Source: Telmatocola sphagniphila (lineage in GTDB: Bacteria; Planctomycetota; Planctomycetia; Gemmatales; Gemmataceae). From it: DNA of 32,000 nucleotides. Where the stretch lies: positions 6,150,001 to 6,182,000 of the forward strand of contig NZ_CP074694.1 of assembly GCF_018398935.1 (NCBI RefSeq), read 5' to 3'. The notes beneath the pieces are model-generated. The model saw only the letters and a list, made by a program, of their open reading frames with translations, made no database searches and was not told the DNA's origin. A program made the position numbers and the translations under genes. Shown here piece by piece: positions 1 to 6,979 of this stretch (position 1 is its first letter; every line of letters starts with the position of its first letter).

Positions 1-1
1 G

Positions 2-538
2 TCGCGGGGCAAGTACTGGCTCGATGGCGAAGACGTTTCCGAACTGACGCCCGAAGGCCGGGCTACGGTTCGCGGCCGTAAGATCGGTTTCGTCTTTCAA
101 AGCTTCAACTTGCTTTCGCGAACCTCCGCGCTCGACAACGTGATGATGCCTTTGACGTACGCTTACCCGCGTCCGACGGAGCGCGAAGGCCGCGACCGCG
201 CCGTCGCGCTGCTTGAAAGAGTGGGTCTGGCGGAGCGAATGCACCATTATCCTTCGCAACTCTCGGGCGGTCAGCAGCAACGTGTGGCGGTGGCCCGCTC
301 GCTGATCAATAATCCTTCGGTGCTTCTGGCCGATGAACCGACCGGGAATCTCGATTCCAAAACCAGTCGTGAAATTCTGGAGATGTTTCAAAAGTTGAAT
401 GAAGAAGAGGGGCTGACCGTTCTCATCGTAACTCACGATCAGAACGTGGCGGCCACGGCCAAGAGATCGATCAAAGTTATGGACGGTTTGATTGTCTCGG
501 GTGCGTTTGCCCCCGGTACCGAACCGGTCCCTGCATAA
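2..538 (+). CDS. ABC transporter ATP-binding protein, 5'-truncated by the window edge (ATPase partner of the downstream MacB/FtsX-type permease)
   Basis: The frame is open from nt 2 (SRGKYWLDGEDVSELTPEGRATVRGRKIGFVFQSFNLL...), so the TTG at 110 is internal and the gene starts upstream of the window. It has the ABC signature LSGGQQQRVAVARSL, Walker B LLADEPTGNLD and H-loop LIVTHD. The stop is TAA 536-538, 17 nt before the permease gene. Confidence 0.9.
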   Translation, partial: SRGKYWLDGEDVSELTPEGRATVRGRKIGFVFQSFNLLSRTSALDNVMMPLTYAYPRPTEREGRDRAVALLERVGLAERMHHYPSQLSGGQQQRVAVARSLINNPSVLLADEPTGNLDSKTSREILEMFQKLNEEEGLTVLIVTHDQNVAATAKRSIKVMDGLIVSGAFAPGTEPVPA

Positions 539-555
539 GCCGGAGTGAGATCGAA

Positions 556-1920
556 ATGAGTTTGTTGCCTCCGACCTTCCGTGTTGCGATTCTGGCTCTA
601 CGACGCAACATTCTGCGCTCGGCCCTGACCACTCTGGGGATCGTCATTGGGGTAGGCGCTGTGATTGCCATGGTCGAGATCGGACAAGGATCCAAAAAAG
701 CGGTTTCCGAAAGTATCCAGAGCCTCGGCGCCAATACGCTTCTGATCTTCCCCGGCCAGGCTGCGAGCGGCGGCGTGAGCTTTGGGGGGGGTAGCACCCC
801 GACACTCACACCCGGCGATTGCGATGCGATCATCAAGGAAGTCCCGACTGCTTATGCCGTGGCTCCCACAGTGCGCGCTCGAACTCAGATCGTCGCGGGA
901 AATAAAAACTGGGTTCCCCCGTCGATTCTGGGCACCACACCGGAATATCTCAAACTTCGGGACTGGGATATCGATGAAGGCCGGGCATTCACGACTCAGG
1001 AAGTGAATGGCTCGGCAGGCGTCTGCCTTTTAGGTCAGACGGTGGCCCGCGAACTCTTCGGTTCCGAAGCGGCCGTGGGGCAGACGGTCCGAGTCAACAA
1101 TACGCCTCTGACAGTAATCGGGATTCTGGCTCGCAAAGGTGCCAATACCTTCGGTTCGGATCAGGATGATGTTCTCATTGCGCCTTGGCGAACGATCAAA
1201 TTCAAAGTCTCTGGCCAAACGGCTCAGACTACGAACCAGAGCGCTTCCGCGGCGGCTTCGGCAACGGGTACGGTTTCCACCAGCAAATTTCCCAGTCAGC
1301 AGCCCAATGCGTATCCCCAGCAGTCGACGACTCAGGCCGCCGATTATCCCGCGCCACCCTTGCCGACTTTTGTCGATCAGATCAGTGTGCGCATCGAGAA
1401 CGAAGAGGAAATTCCAGCGGCGATGAATCAGATCAAAACGCTGTTGAGGGAACGGCATCGCGTGAAAAACGCCGACGATTTTTATATCCGCGACACGGCA
1501 GAACTCACGGCGGCGGCGATGGCTACTTCGAACCTGATGAGCGCTCTGCTACTGGCGGTGGCGTTGATCTCGCTGGTCGTCGGCGGGGTGGGCATCATGA
1601 ATATAATGCTCGTTTCGGTGACCGAACGGACCAAGGAAATTGGATTGCGCATGGCCGTTGGGGCTCGACCGAAAGATATCCTCTGGCAGTTTCTGGTAGA
1701 GGCGATTGCACTCTGTCTGATGGGGGGTGCGGTGGGTGTGGCACTCGGAAAAGGAGGCTCCTGGATGCTGCGGAGCCTGTTAGGCTGGAGAACAGAACCC
1801 TCGGTTCCCGCTCTAGTAGCCTCGGTGGCCGTCTCGGCCTTTGTCGGCGTGGCCTTCGGTTTCTACCCGGCCTGGAAAGCATCGAGATTGGATCCCATCG
1901 ACGCTCTCCGATACGAGTAA
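556..1920 (+). CDS. ABC transporter permease, MacB/FtsX family
   Basis: ATG 556 is preceded by GGAG (542-545). There is an N-terminal TM helix (LTTLGIVIGVGAVIAMV) and a large extracytoplasmic domain. The C-terminal FtsX-type TM module (ERTKEIGLRMAVGARPKDILWQFLVEA ... FYPAWKASRLDPIDALRYE) is typical of MacB-like permeases. Confidence 0.85.
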   Translation: MSLLPPTFRVAILALRRNILRSALTTLGIVIGVGAVIAMVEIGQGSKKAVSESIQSLGANTLLIFPGQAASGGVSFGGGSTPTLTPGDCDAIIKEVPTAYAVAPTVRARTQIVAGNKNWVPPSILGTTPEYLKLRDWDIDEGRAFTTQEVNGSAGVCLLGQTVARELFGSEAAVGQTVRVNNTPLTVIGILARKGANTFGSDQDDVLIAPWRTIKFKVSGQTAQTTNQSASAAASATGTVSTSKFPSQQPNAYPQQSTTQAADYPAPPLPTFVDQISVRIENEEEIPAAMNQIKTLLRERHRVKNADDFYIRDTAELTAAAMATSNLMSALLLAVALISLVVGGVGIMNIMLVSVTERTKEIGLRMAVGARPKDILWQFLVEAIALCLMGGAVGVALGKGGSWMLRSLLGWRTEPSVPALVASVAVSAFVGVAFGFYPAWKASRLDPIDALRYE

Positions 1921-3021
1921 TCAGGCCGCTTCGCGCTGCGAGCGTTTCACTTCGAACAACTGGCCGTGAGCATGCGGCAGGTTCCGCGGTCCGACAGCCC
2001 CGTCTGGCCGACCTTCCCATTTATGTTCGCGAAGACTGGTAATAACTCGCTCGGCCAGTTCCAGAGCATCGCGGCCATCTTCGCCGGTCACTCGCGGCGT
2101 CAGGTTCAACCGCACGCATTTCACGAAACTCTTCAACTCGGAAGTCAGCTGATCTTCCGGCCGGTCGCACTTCATGTCGAGCGAATTCAAATGCTTCGTG
2201 AAGACATCATTCTGGAAAGAGGCTCTTTGTGCGGGATCGAGCCGATGCATCATCAGGCCATGCTTTCGCAGTTCTTCCGAAGGCTGGACCAGTACCAGCC
2301 GCTTTCGGACGAAATCGATACCGGCATATCCTTCCGAGGCCCAGACTCGCAAGCGCCGCTTGGCATTCGGGCTGATGCGACTGGCGGTGACGTGGGCCAC
2401 GCATCCGCTTTCGAAAATAAATCGGGCATTGACCATGTCTTCGTGGCCGCCGAACACCGCAGCGCCGAGTGCATCGACGTGGGTGACCCGTGAACCGACC
2501 AGAGAAAGCAGTAAATCGATATCGTGAATCATCAAATCGAGGACGACGCCGATGTCGGTGGAACGACCGGTGAAAGGTCCGTGTCTTTCGCATTCGATGA
2601 AGCAGGGATGCATCGGACGACCGGCCAGTTCTTCGAAAGCCGGGTTGAATCGTTCGATATGGCCGACCTGCAGTGCCACGTTGGATCGTTTAGCGGTGGC
2701 GATCAGATCGTCCGCCTGGGCCACCGTGGTCGCGATCGGTTTTTCGACGAGAACGGGAATCCCTTCTTCCAGAAAGGTCTTGGCGACCTGATGGTGGTAG
2801 ATCGTCGGAACGACGACGGAAACCGCGTCGACTTGGCCGAGCAGTTGATTGAAGTCGGAGTAGTGGGGAACGTTGAGTTGTTCGCCGATGATCTGCGCCT
2901 GATCGCGGCTGGTATCGGCCACGCCGACCAGTTCGACATCCGGCAGTCCATTGAGAATCCGGGCATGGTGTCTGCCGAGATGCCCCACTCCAATCACGGC
3001 CATTCTTAGCTTCATCGTCAC
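1921..3021 (-). CDS. Gfo/Idh/MocA family NAD(P)-dependent oxidoreductase
   Basis: It has the N-terminal Rossmann motif MAVIGVGHLGRHHARIL, the EKP motif (VLVEKPIATT) and a GHIERFNP block typical of the family. The ORF opens with GTG at 3021, and the in-frame ATG at 3015 (MKLRMAVIGVG) is an equally good start. It lies about 30 nt downstream of lpxC on the same strand. Confidence 0.8.
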   Translation of the reverse strand: MTMKLRMAVIGVGHLGRHHARILNGLPDVELVGVADTSRDQAQIIGEQLNVPHYSDFNQLLGQVDAVSVVVPTIYHHQVAKTFLEEGIPVLVEKPIATTVAQADDLIATAKRSNVALQVGHIERFNPAFEELAGRPMHPCFIECERHGPFTGRSTDIGVVLDLMIHDIDLLLSLVGSRVTHVDALGAAVFGGHEDMVNARFIFESGCVAHVTASRISPNAKRRLRVWASEGYAGIDFVRKRLVLVQPSEELRKHGLMMHRLDPAQRASFQNDVFTKHLNSLDMKCDRPEDQLTSELKSFVKCVRLNLTPRVTGEDGRDALELAERVITSLREHKWEGRPDGAVGPRNLPHAHGQLFEVKRSQREAA

Positions 3022-3048
3022 TCTCTGTGCTGAGTATTCCAGGTTCGT

Positions 3049-4002
3049 TCAAGCCGCTCGGCGATTCTCTTTCTGCAAAGCTTTTTCATGCAGGTCCAGA
3101 ATCGACCGGGCCAACTGGACGTTGAGCGGATGCCCGGAACGATAAGCCAGAATCTGTCCAACCAATTCGATGCCCGAAAGTGCGATATCCCCCACAAAAT
3201 CGAGCATTTTGTGGCGGGCCGGTTCATTCGAGAATCGAAGCGTGTTATCGATCAATTTCCCTTTAGCACCGAACACCAGAAGTTCCGAAGCTTTCAAGTG
3301 TTTGCCGATACCCAGCGCTAACAGGGCCGAGGCTTCGGATTCGAGCACGAACGTCCGACACTGGGAAAGTTCATGCTCGAAGTTCTGGGGCGTCAGCGGC
3401 ATTGCAAAGCTTTGCGGCTGTATCGACGAGCGCGGCCCGTAATCCAGCCGGTAGTTCAATTCCAGCTGTCGGGTGTCGCCGGGGTGGAAGGAAAGGGAGG
3501 CGTCTCCTTTTTCCACTTTGATCGGGCGGGTAATCCCCCAAATGGTGCGCTCGGCCACCTGTTGAACTATTCCCGACGAAGTAATGGCCGAGACGAAAGC
3601 CCGGGCAGAACCATCGAGTCCGGGTGGTTCGCAGGCATCGAGTTCGATTCGGCAATTATCTATCTTCAAGCCGGCCAGCGAAGCGAGTAAATGCTCCACC
3701 AGCGTGACTTGCACGTTGCCAATTCCCAGGGTGGTGCGACGATTAGTATCGATGACCATGTCGGCGCGAGCCGGTAGAACTGGGGAATTTGGTAGGTCGG
3801 TGCGAACGAAGACCAGGCCGGTATCGGCAGGTGCGGGCAGCAGTTTGACGTGGACGTTGACTCCGGTGATGAAGCCCACGCCCCGCATTGAGATCGGTTT
3901 TGCCAGGGTCCGCTGCTGCCGTGTCGCGATCCTTCGCAACGCGGGTTGTGGAGCAGCGTCCTTCCCGGAAGGGAAGGGAAGAATCATCCTTGATTTCCCC
4001 AA
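3049..4002 (-). CDS. lpxC: UDP-3-O-acyl-N-acetylglucosamine deacetylase
   Basis: Conserved LpxC blocks are present: QQRTLAKPISMRGVGFITGVNVHVKLLPAPADTGLVFVRTDL, TLVEHLLASLAGLKIDN...LDGSARAFV and ARHKMLDFVGDIALSG...YRSGHPLN. These align with the E. coli LpxC blocks KQRTLKRIV.ATGVGLHTG, TVEHLNAALAGLGIDN and VRHKMLDAIGDL...YKSGHALN. The ORF opens with TTG at 4002, and ATG at 3987 is an alternative start. Confidence 0.92.
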   Translation of the reverse strand: MGKSRMILPFPSGKDAAPQPALRRIATRQQRTLAKPISMRGVGFITGVNVHVKLLPAPADTGLVFVRTDLPNSPVLPARADMVIDTNRRTTLGIGNVQVTLVEHLLASLAGLKIDNCRIELDACEPPGLDGSARAFVSAITSSGIVQQVAERTIWGITRPIKVEKGDASLSFHPGDTRQLELNYRLDYGPRSSIQPQSFAMPLTPQNFEHELSQCRTFVLESEASALLALGIGKHLKASELLVFGAKGKLIDNTLRFSNEPARHKMLDFVGDIALSGIELVGQILAYRSGHPLNVQLARSILDLHEKALQKENRRAA

Positions 4003-4009
4003 CGAAGAC

Positions 4010-4065
4010 GGACGGACTTATCTCTAGTCCGTCCAATAAGGTTTTGATCGGTCCCCAAAGGACCG
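4010..4065 (-). other. Two perfect stem-loops in the skp-lpxC spacer (possible intercistronic attenuator or mRNA-stability element)
   Basis: The first is gGACGGACT-tatctct-AGTCCGTCc (4010-4034; 9-bp stem). The second is CGGTCC-ccaaa-GGACCG (4049-4065; 6-bp stem). Both lie between the skp stop (4075) and the lpxC start. No clear U-tract follows either on the minus strand. Confidence 0.35.
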
Positions 4066-4074
4066 AAATTCAAC

Positions 4075-4755
4075 TTAGTTTTTCAAACCAGCACCGACCG
4101 GCTTAACGTGCGGATCGGCCGTTCCAGCGCCCGCGGTGGATTTGGGAGCAGGATAGCGTTGATTCAGAGTGTCGACGACGTACTTCGTGATGTCGATATT
4201 TTTGTGGTAGAAAGGCATCAGAGCCGGGGTCTGCAGCTTAATCTGTGCAACCACCGGGGAATCCATGTCCTTCTGCTCGGAAGCATCGGGATAGGCCATG
4301 ACGAGTTCCAGGCCGTTAGCTTCGGCGATGGCCGTGATGGTTTCCTTGATTTCCTTGTAAACGGTAACGACGGTATTGTTCGACATTTCACCCAGGGTCT
4401 TCTGAGCCTGCTGATCGATGTCTTCGATTTGGCGCGTGATGGCTCGCATTTCCTTGTCGAGAGCTTCTTTCTTGGCGGAGTCGCTGATGGTAGGCAGCAT
4501 TTTGTTCTTTTCGCTCAACTGCATGCGCAGATCATTGACCTTGGTCAGGTAGCCCTGGCGCAGTTCGGAGATCTGCTTGCCCATGGCGTTGGCCTTGTCG
4601 TAATCCTTCAGAATTTTGGCAATGTTCACGATCGCCATCTTGGGTCGGTAAGCTTCGGGCTTCTTTTCCTGAGCCATAACCGGACTTTCCAGATGCGACG
4701 CAGCCACGCTGGCGAGCAATGCCGCCAACACAGCCAGACCAATAACTTTTTTCAC
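4075..4755 (-). CDS. skp: OmpH/Skp-family periplasmic chaperone
   Basis: GTG start at 4755 with a strong SD (GGAGAAGGA) just upstream. It has a signal peptide (MKKVIGLAVLAALLASVAAS). The N-terminal block KMAIVNIAKILKDYDK is followed by a long K/E/Q-rich coiled-coil region, as in Skp/OmpH. It sits immediately upstream of lpxC on the same strand. Confidence 0.7.
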   Translation of the reverse strand: MKKVIGLAVLAALLASVAASHLESPVMAQEKKPEAYRPKMAIVNIAKILKDYDKANAMGKQISELRQGYLTKVNDLRMQLSEKNKMLPTISDSAKKEALDKEMRAITRQIEDIDQQAQKTLGEMSNNTVVTVYKEIKETITAIAEANGLELVMAYPDASEQKDMDSPVVAQIKLQTPALMPFYHKNIDITKYVVDTLNQRYPAPKSTAGAGTADPHVKPVGAGLKN

Positions 4756-5335
4756 TTTCCTTCTCCTCTTCCGTGAGATTCTGGCAGGCGCTGTAGCATG
4801 CGCCGATCGTTGTTGAATTCCAGCGACTTATAAACGATGATTTCGAGGGGGTCAATGGCAGCTTCCCGGGCTTGGAAAGTTGGTGGATTTTTCCCAGTTT
4901 CGAGACGGAAATCTGGCAGATTAGGTGGTCTGCTCGCGGTTGCGGTAAGCTGGGGGGATTGAGTCCGGTCCGTTCTGTTTTCTCTTCGGTAGAATTGAGT
5001 TTCAGAGAGTGGATGAGGCTTAGGGAAGGCAAAAAATTGGACGTAAGACTATCAGGAATATCTACTTGTAACAATAAATTAGTTAAGATCAAATTGCTTA
5101 TCTCTTTGTGGTCTAACGCGGATATCTCAGGGTCTATGTAGGGCGGATTGGAAATTCTTCGGTCGTACAGTACAGATTGTCGAACTGGAAAGAATGCTCA
5201 ACCACACTTGATTTGATGGATGATTCACCCAGTCACTGCCAGGCATCCGTTCGGGGGGGAACCACTTGTATTCGCTGCCACGGATAATCTAAAATAGGGG
5301 TACATCCTTTTTCACCCTCTCAGGAGTTCACAAAA

Positions 5336-5521
5336 ATGAGTTTGTTGCGTGTGGGATTATCTGAGACGAAGGACTTCGCGGAAGGTTACGAAGCCATTTT
5401 CGGCAAGAAGACCGAGGCCAAGAAGGAAGAACCGAAGGTCGAGGAAGGGCCCAAGCCGACTTCGGAGAAGGCCGATCCACCGGCCAACCCCTTCCGTAAA
5501 GGCGAAGGGATTGGCTGCTGA
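5336..5521 (+). CDS. Small K/E-rich hypothetical protein (61 aa)
   Basis: ATG 5336 has AGGAG 9 nt upstream (caggagttcacaaaaATG). Third codon positions are GC-rich through most of the ORF. I recognise no family. It is convergent with the 471-aa gene, with a 3-nt gap. Confidence 0.4.
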   Translation: MSLLRVGLSETKDFAEGYEAIFGKKTEAKKEEPKVEEGPKPTSEKADPPANPFRKGEGIGC

Positions 5522-5524
5522 TTC

Positions 5525-6940
5525 TTATTTTGCCGTCAGACTGCCGGCGAGTTTCAGCATGTAAGGTTCCATATACTTGGCGTCGCGCGGGTTGCACTCC
5601 GCGACTACCACCACAACTTTGCCGGGAATCGACAGCGCCGAAACCACGAACAGCTTGTTCGAACTGGCGGCCTGCGAATCTTTGCTGTAATACCGGGTGA
5701 CCTTCGTATCTCCTGCCGCGGTTTGTCCCTCGGCAGGAGCATCTTTTGCTTCTTCCAGAGTCGTTTTGCTTTCCGCCGCGGCATCCTCTTTGGCTAAGCG
5801 CTCTTCCAGATACTTCTTCGCCATCTGCTGCGGCTCGCCCGCCTTATCCAGTTCCAGAACGAGAGCATCGGCCACCGGTACGAAATCAATTCCCTGCGAT
5901 TTCGGATTTTTGATCGGGAACTTGCCGCGCAGGGCAATCGTAGCCCGAGGATCGATATCTTTCGGGGGATCAATGAAGGTATCGCGAGTGTTCCCGGTGA
6001 AATCGCTTTGATCGGTCGTCCTTCCGATCCAGACTCCATCGAAATCGGTTATCGAGTAAGCGCCCTCTTTCAGTGCGAAAGTTTTTGTCGACGATTTCTT
6101 TTCCGACCAACTCTCGCGGCGATCCAGTAACCCGAAGCGCTCGCGAATATCGGCAAAGGGTTCCAGCAATTCTTTCACCGTATCCGAAGCGGCCCAGGCA
6201 AACATTGCATACGTGATCCCCTTGTAGGACATCAGATAACAATCGCCGGTCATTTGTACGCCGCCAACATCCCCGGTATAGACGTAATATCGCGCCGTCC
6301 GGCCTCCGAGAGTCTTCCTGGAGTCGGTTTTCTGTTCGAATTCCACGTTCTTGAAAAATTTCTTCAGACGGTAGGTCATCTCATATTCTTCTTCCGCCGG
6401 TCGAGGATTATGGTCTTTAAAATCTTTGGCCGCCAGGGTCACCCAACCGTCGGGGCCGGAGTGTTTCAGCGAGAAAATGTTGATGTCCATCTGAGCGCGG
6501 ACGTCGCTATCGGTCTGCCAGTCCTTGCCGGGATTATTGAAGCTGAAGTTGTAAGTGTCGTCTTTTCTCAACCCGGTCACCTGAGTCGTGGCGTCCAGGG
6601 GATTGCGATTCACCATCTTGTAAATGGTCAATAGCGTCACCAGCAGGGCGGCGAAGATCCCGACGAAAATCAGGATCATCTTGGGCACGTTATTGCTGGC
6701 TTGGTGCGGACGATAATTTATGGTTGCGATGGGCTCGCTGGTCACCGGTTCCGGTGGAGCTGTGTTTTGAGCGAGTACCTGCCCGGCCGGTGGGGCTGTG
6801 TTTTGAGCGAGTACCTGCCCGGCTCGGTAAGGAAACCGCGTCTTGCACAATGGGCAGGTAACCATCGCGGCCGGGGGTAGTTGCCGGGTGTCAAAGAGGT
6901 AGGTACAGCCGGGTTTTGGACAAGGAAATGTGGTACTCAT
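5525..6940 (-). CDS. Hypothetical membrane protein with N-terminal zinc-ribbon (CPxxGC...CPLC), one TM helix and a large extracytoplasmic domain
   Basis: ATG start at 6940. The N-terminus CPKPGCTYLFDTRQLPPAAMVTCPLCKTRF forms a 4-Cys ribbon. Next comes a duplicated linker GQVLAQNTAPP x2, then a TM helix (MILIFVGIFAALLVTLLTIY), then about 360 aa with no motif I recognise. Confidence 0.75.
   Translation of the reverse strand: MSTTFPCPKPGCTYLFDTRQLPPAAMVTCPLCKTRFPYRAGQVLAQNTAPPAGQVLAQNTAPPEPVTSEPIATINYRPHQASNNVPKMILIFVGIFAALLVTLLTIYKMVNRNPLDATTQVTGLRKDDTYNFSFNNPGKDWQTDSDVRAQMDINIFSLKHSGPDGWVTLAAKDFKDHNPRPAEEEYEMTYRLKKFFKNVEFEQKTDSRKTLGGRTARYYVYTGDVGGVQMTGDCYLMSYKGITYAMFAWAASDTVKELLEPFADIRERFGLLDRRESWSEKKSSTKTFALKEGAYSITDFDGVWIGRTTDQSDFTGNTRDTFIDPPKDIDPRATIALRGKFPIKNPKSQGIDFVPVADALVLELDKAGEPQQMAKKYLEERLAKEDAAAESKTTLEEAKDAPAEGQTAAGDTKVTRYYSKDSQAASSNKLFVVSALSIPGKVVVVVAECNPRDAKYMEPYMLKLAGSLTAK
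6751..6822. repeat. 36-bp tandem duplication (2 units, 1 mismatch) inside the CDS 5525..6940
   Basis: Unit 1 is 6751-6786 (ccggtggAgctgtgttttgagcgagtacctgcccgg). Unit 2 is 6787-6822 (ccggtggGgctgtgttttgagcgagtacctgcccgg). The duplication is in frame and encodes the duplicated 12-aa peptide (A)GQVLAQNTAPP. Confidence 0.95.
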
Positions 6941-6979
6941 GCAAGATCACTGCACTGGTGTAAAAAATCGGAGCTGGTC

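Noticed and set aside
553-569. 15-nt identity (aaatgagtttgttgc) between the start regions of the permease gene (556) and the small ORF (5336)
   Set aside because: A single 15-nt match is about what chance allows in a 32-kb window compared against itself. The flanks are not similar.
784-791. G8 homopolymer inside the permease gene (codons FGGGS) as a potential phase-variation tract; also C7 at 8814-8820 in clpX
   Set aside because: The reading frames are intact across both tracts, and clpX is an essential-type gene. There is no evidence of slippage in a single sequence, so I only note it.
1185-2042. 285-aa + strand ORF overlapping the permease gene out of frame and running into the oxidoreductase gene
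   Set aside because: It is an alternative frame of a confidently called CDS. The sequence is Arg/Gly-rich junk-like, and the real frame shows FtsX motifs.
4108-4776. 222-aa + strand ORF antisense to skp; similar antisense ORFs occur at 8664-9422 (clpX), 7514-8179 and 6881-7441 (rnd), 10512-11018 (glgC), 29408-30043 (sulfotransferase-like) and 27826-28404 (kinase)
   Set aside because: All are embedded antisense in genes that have strong family motifs, and none has a motif of its own.
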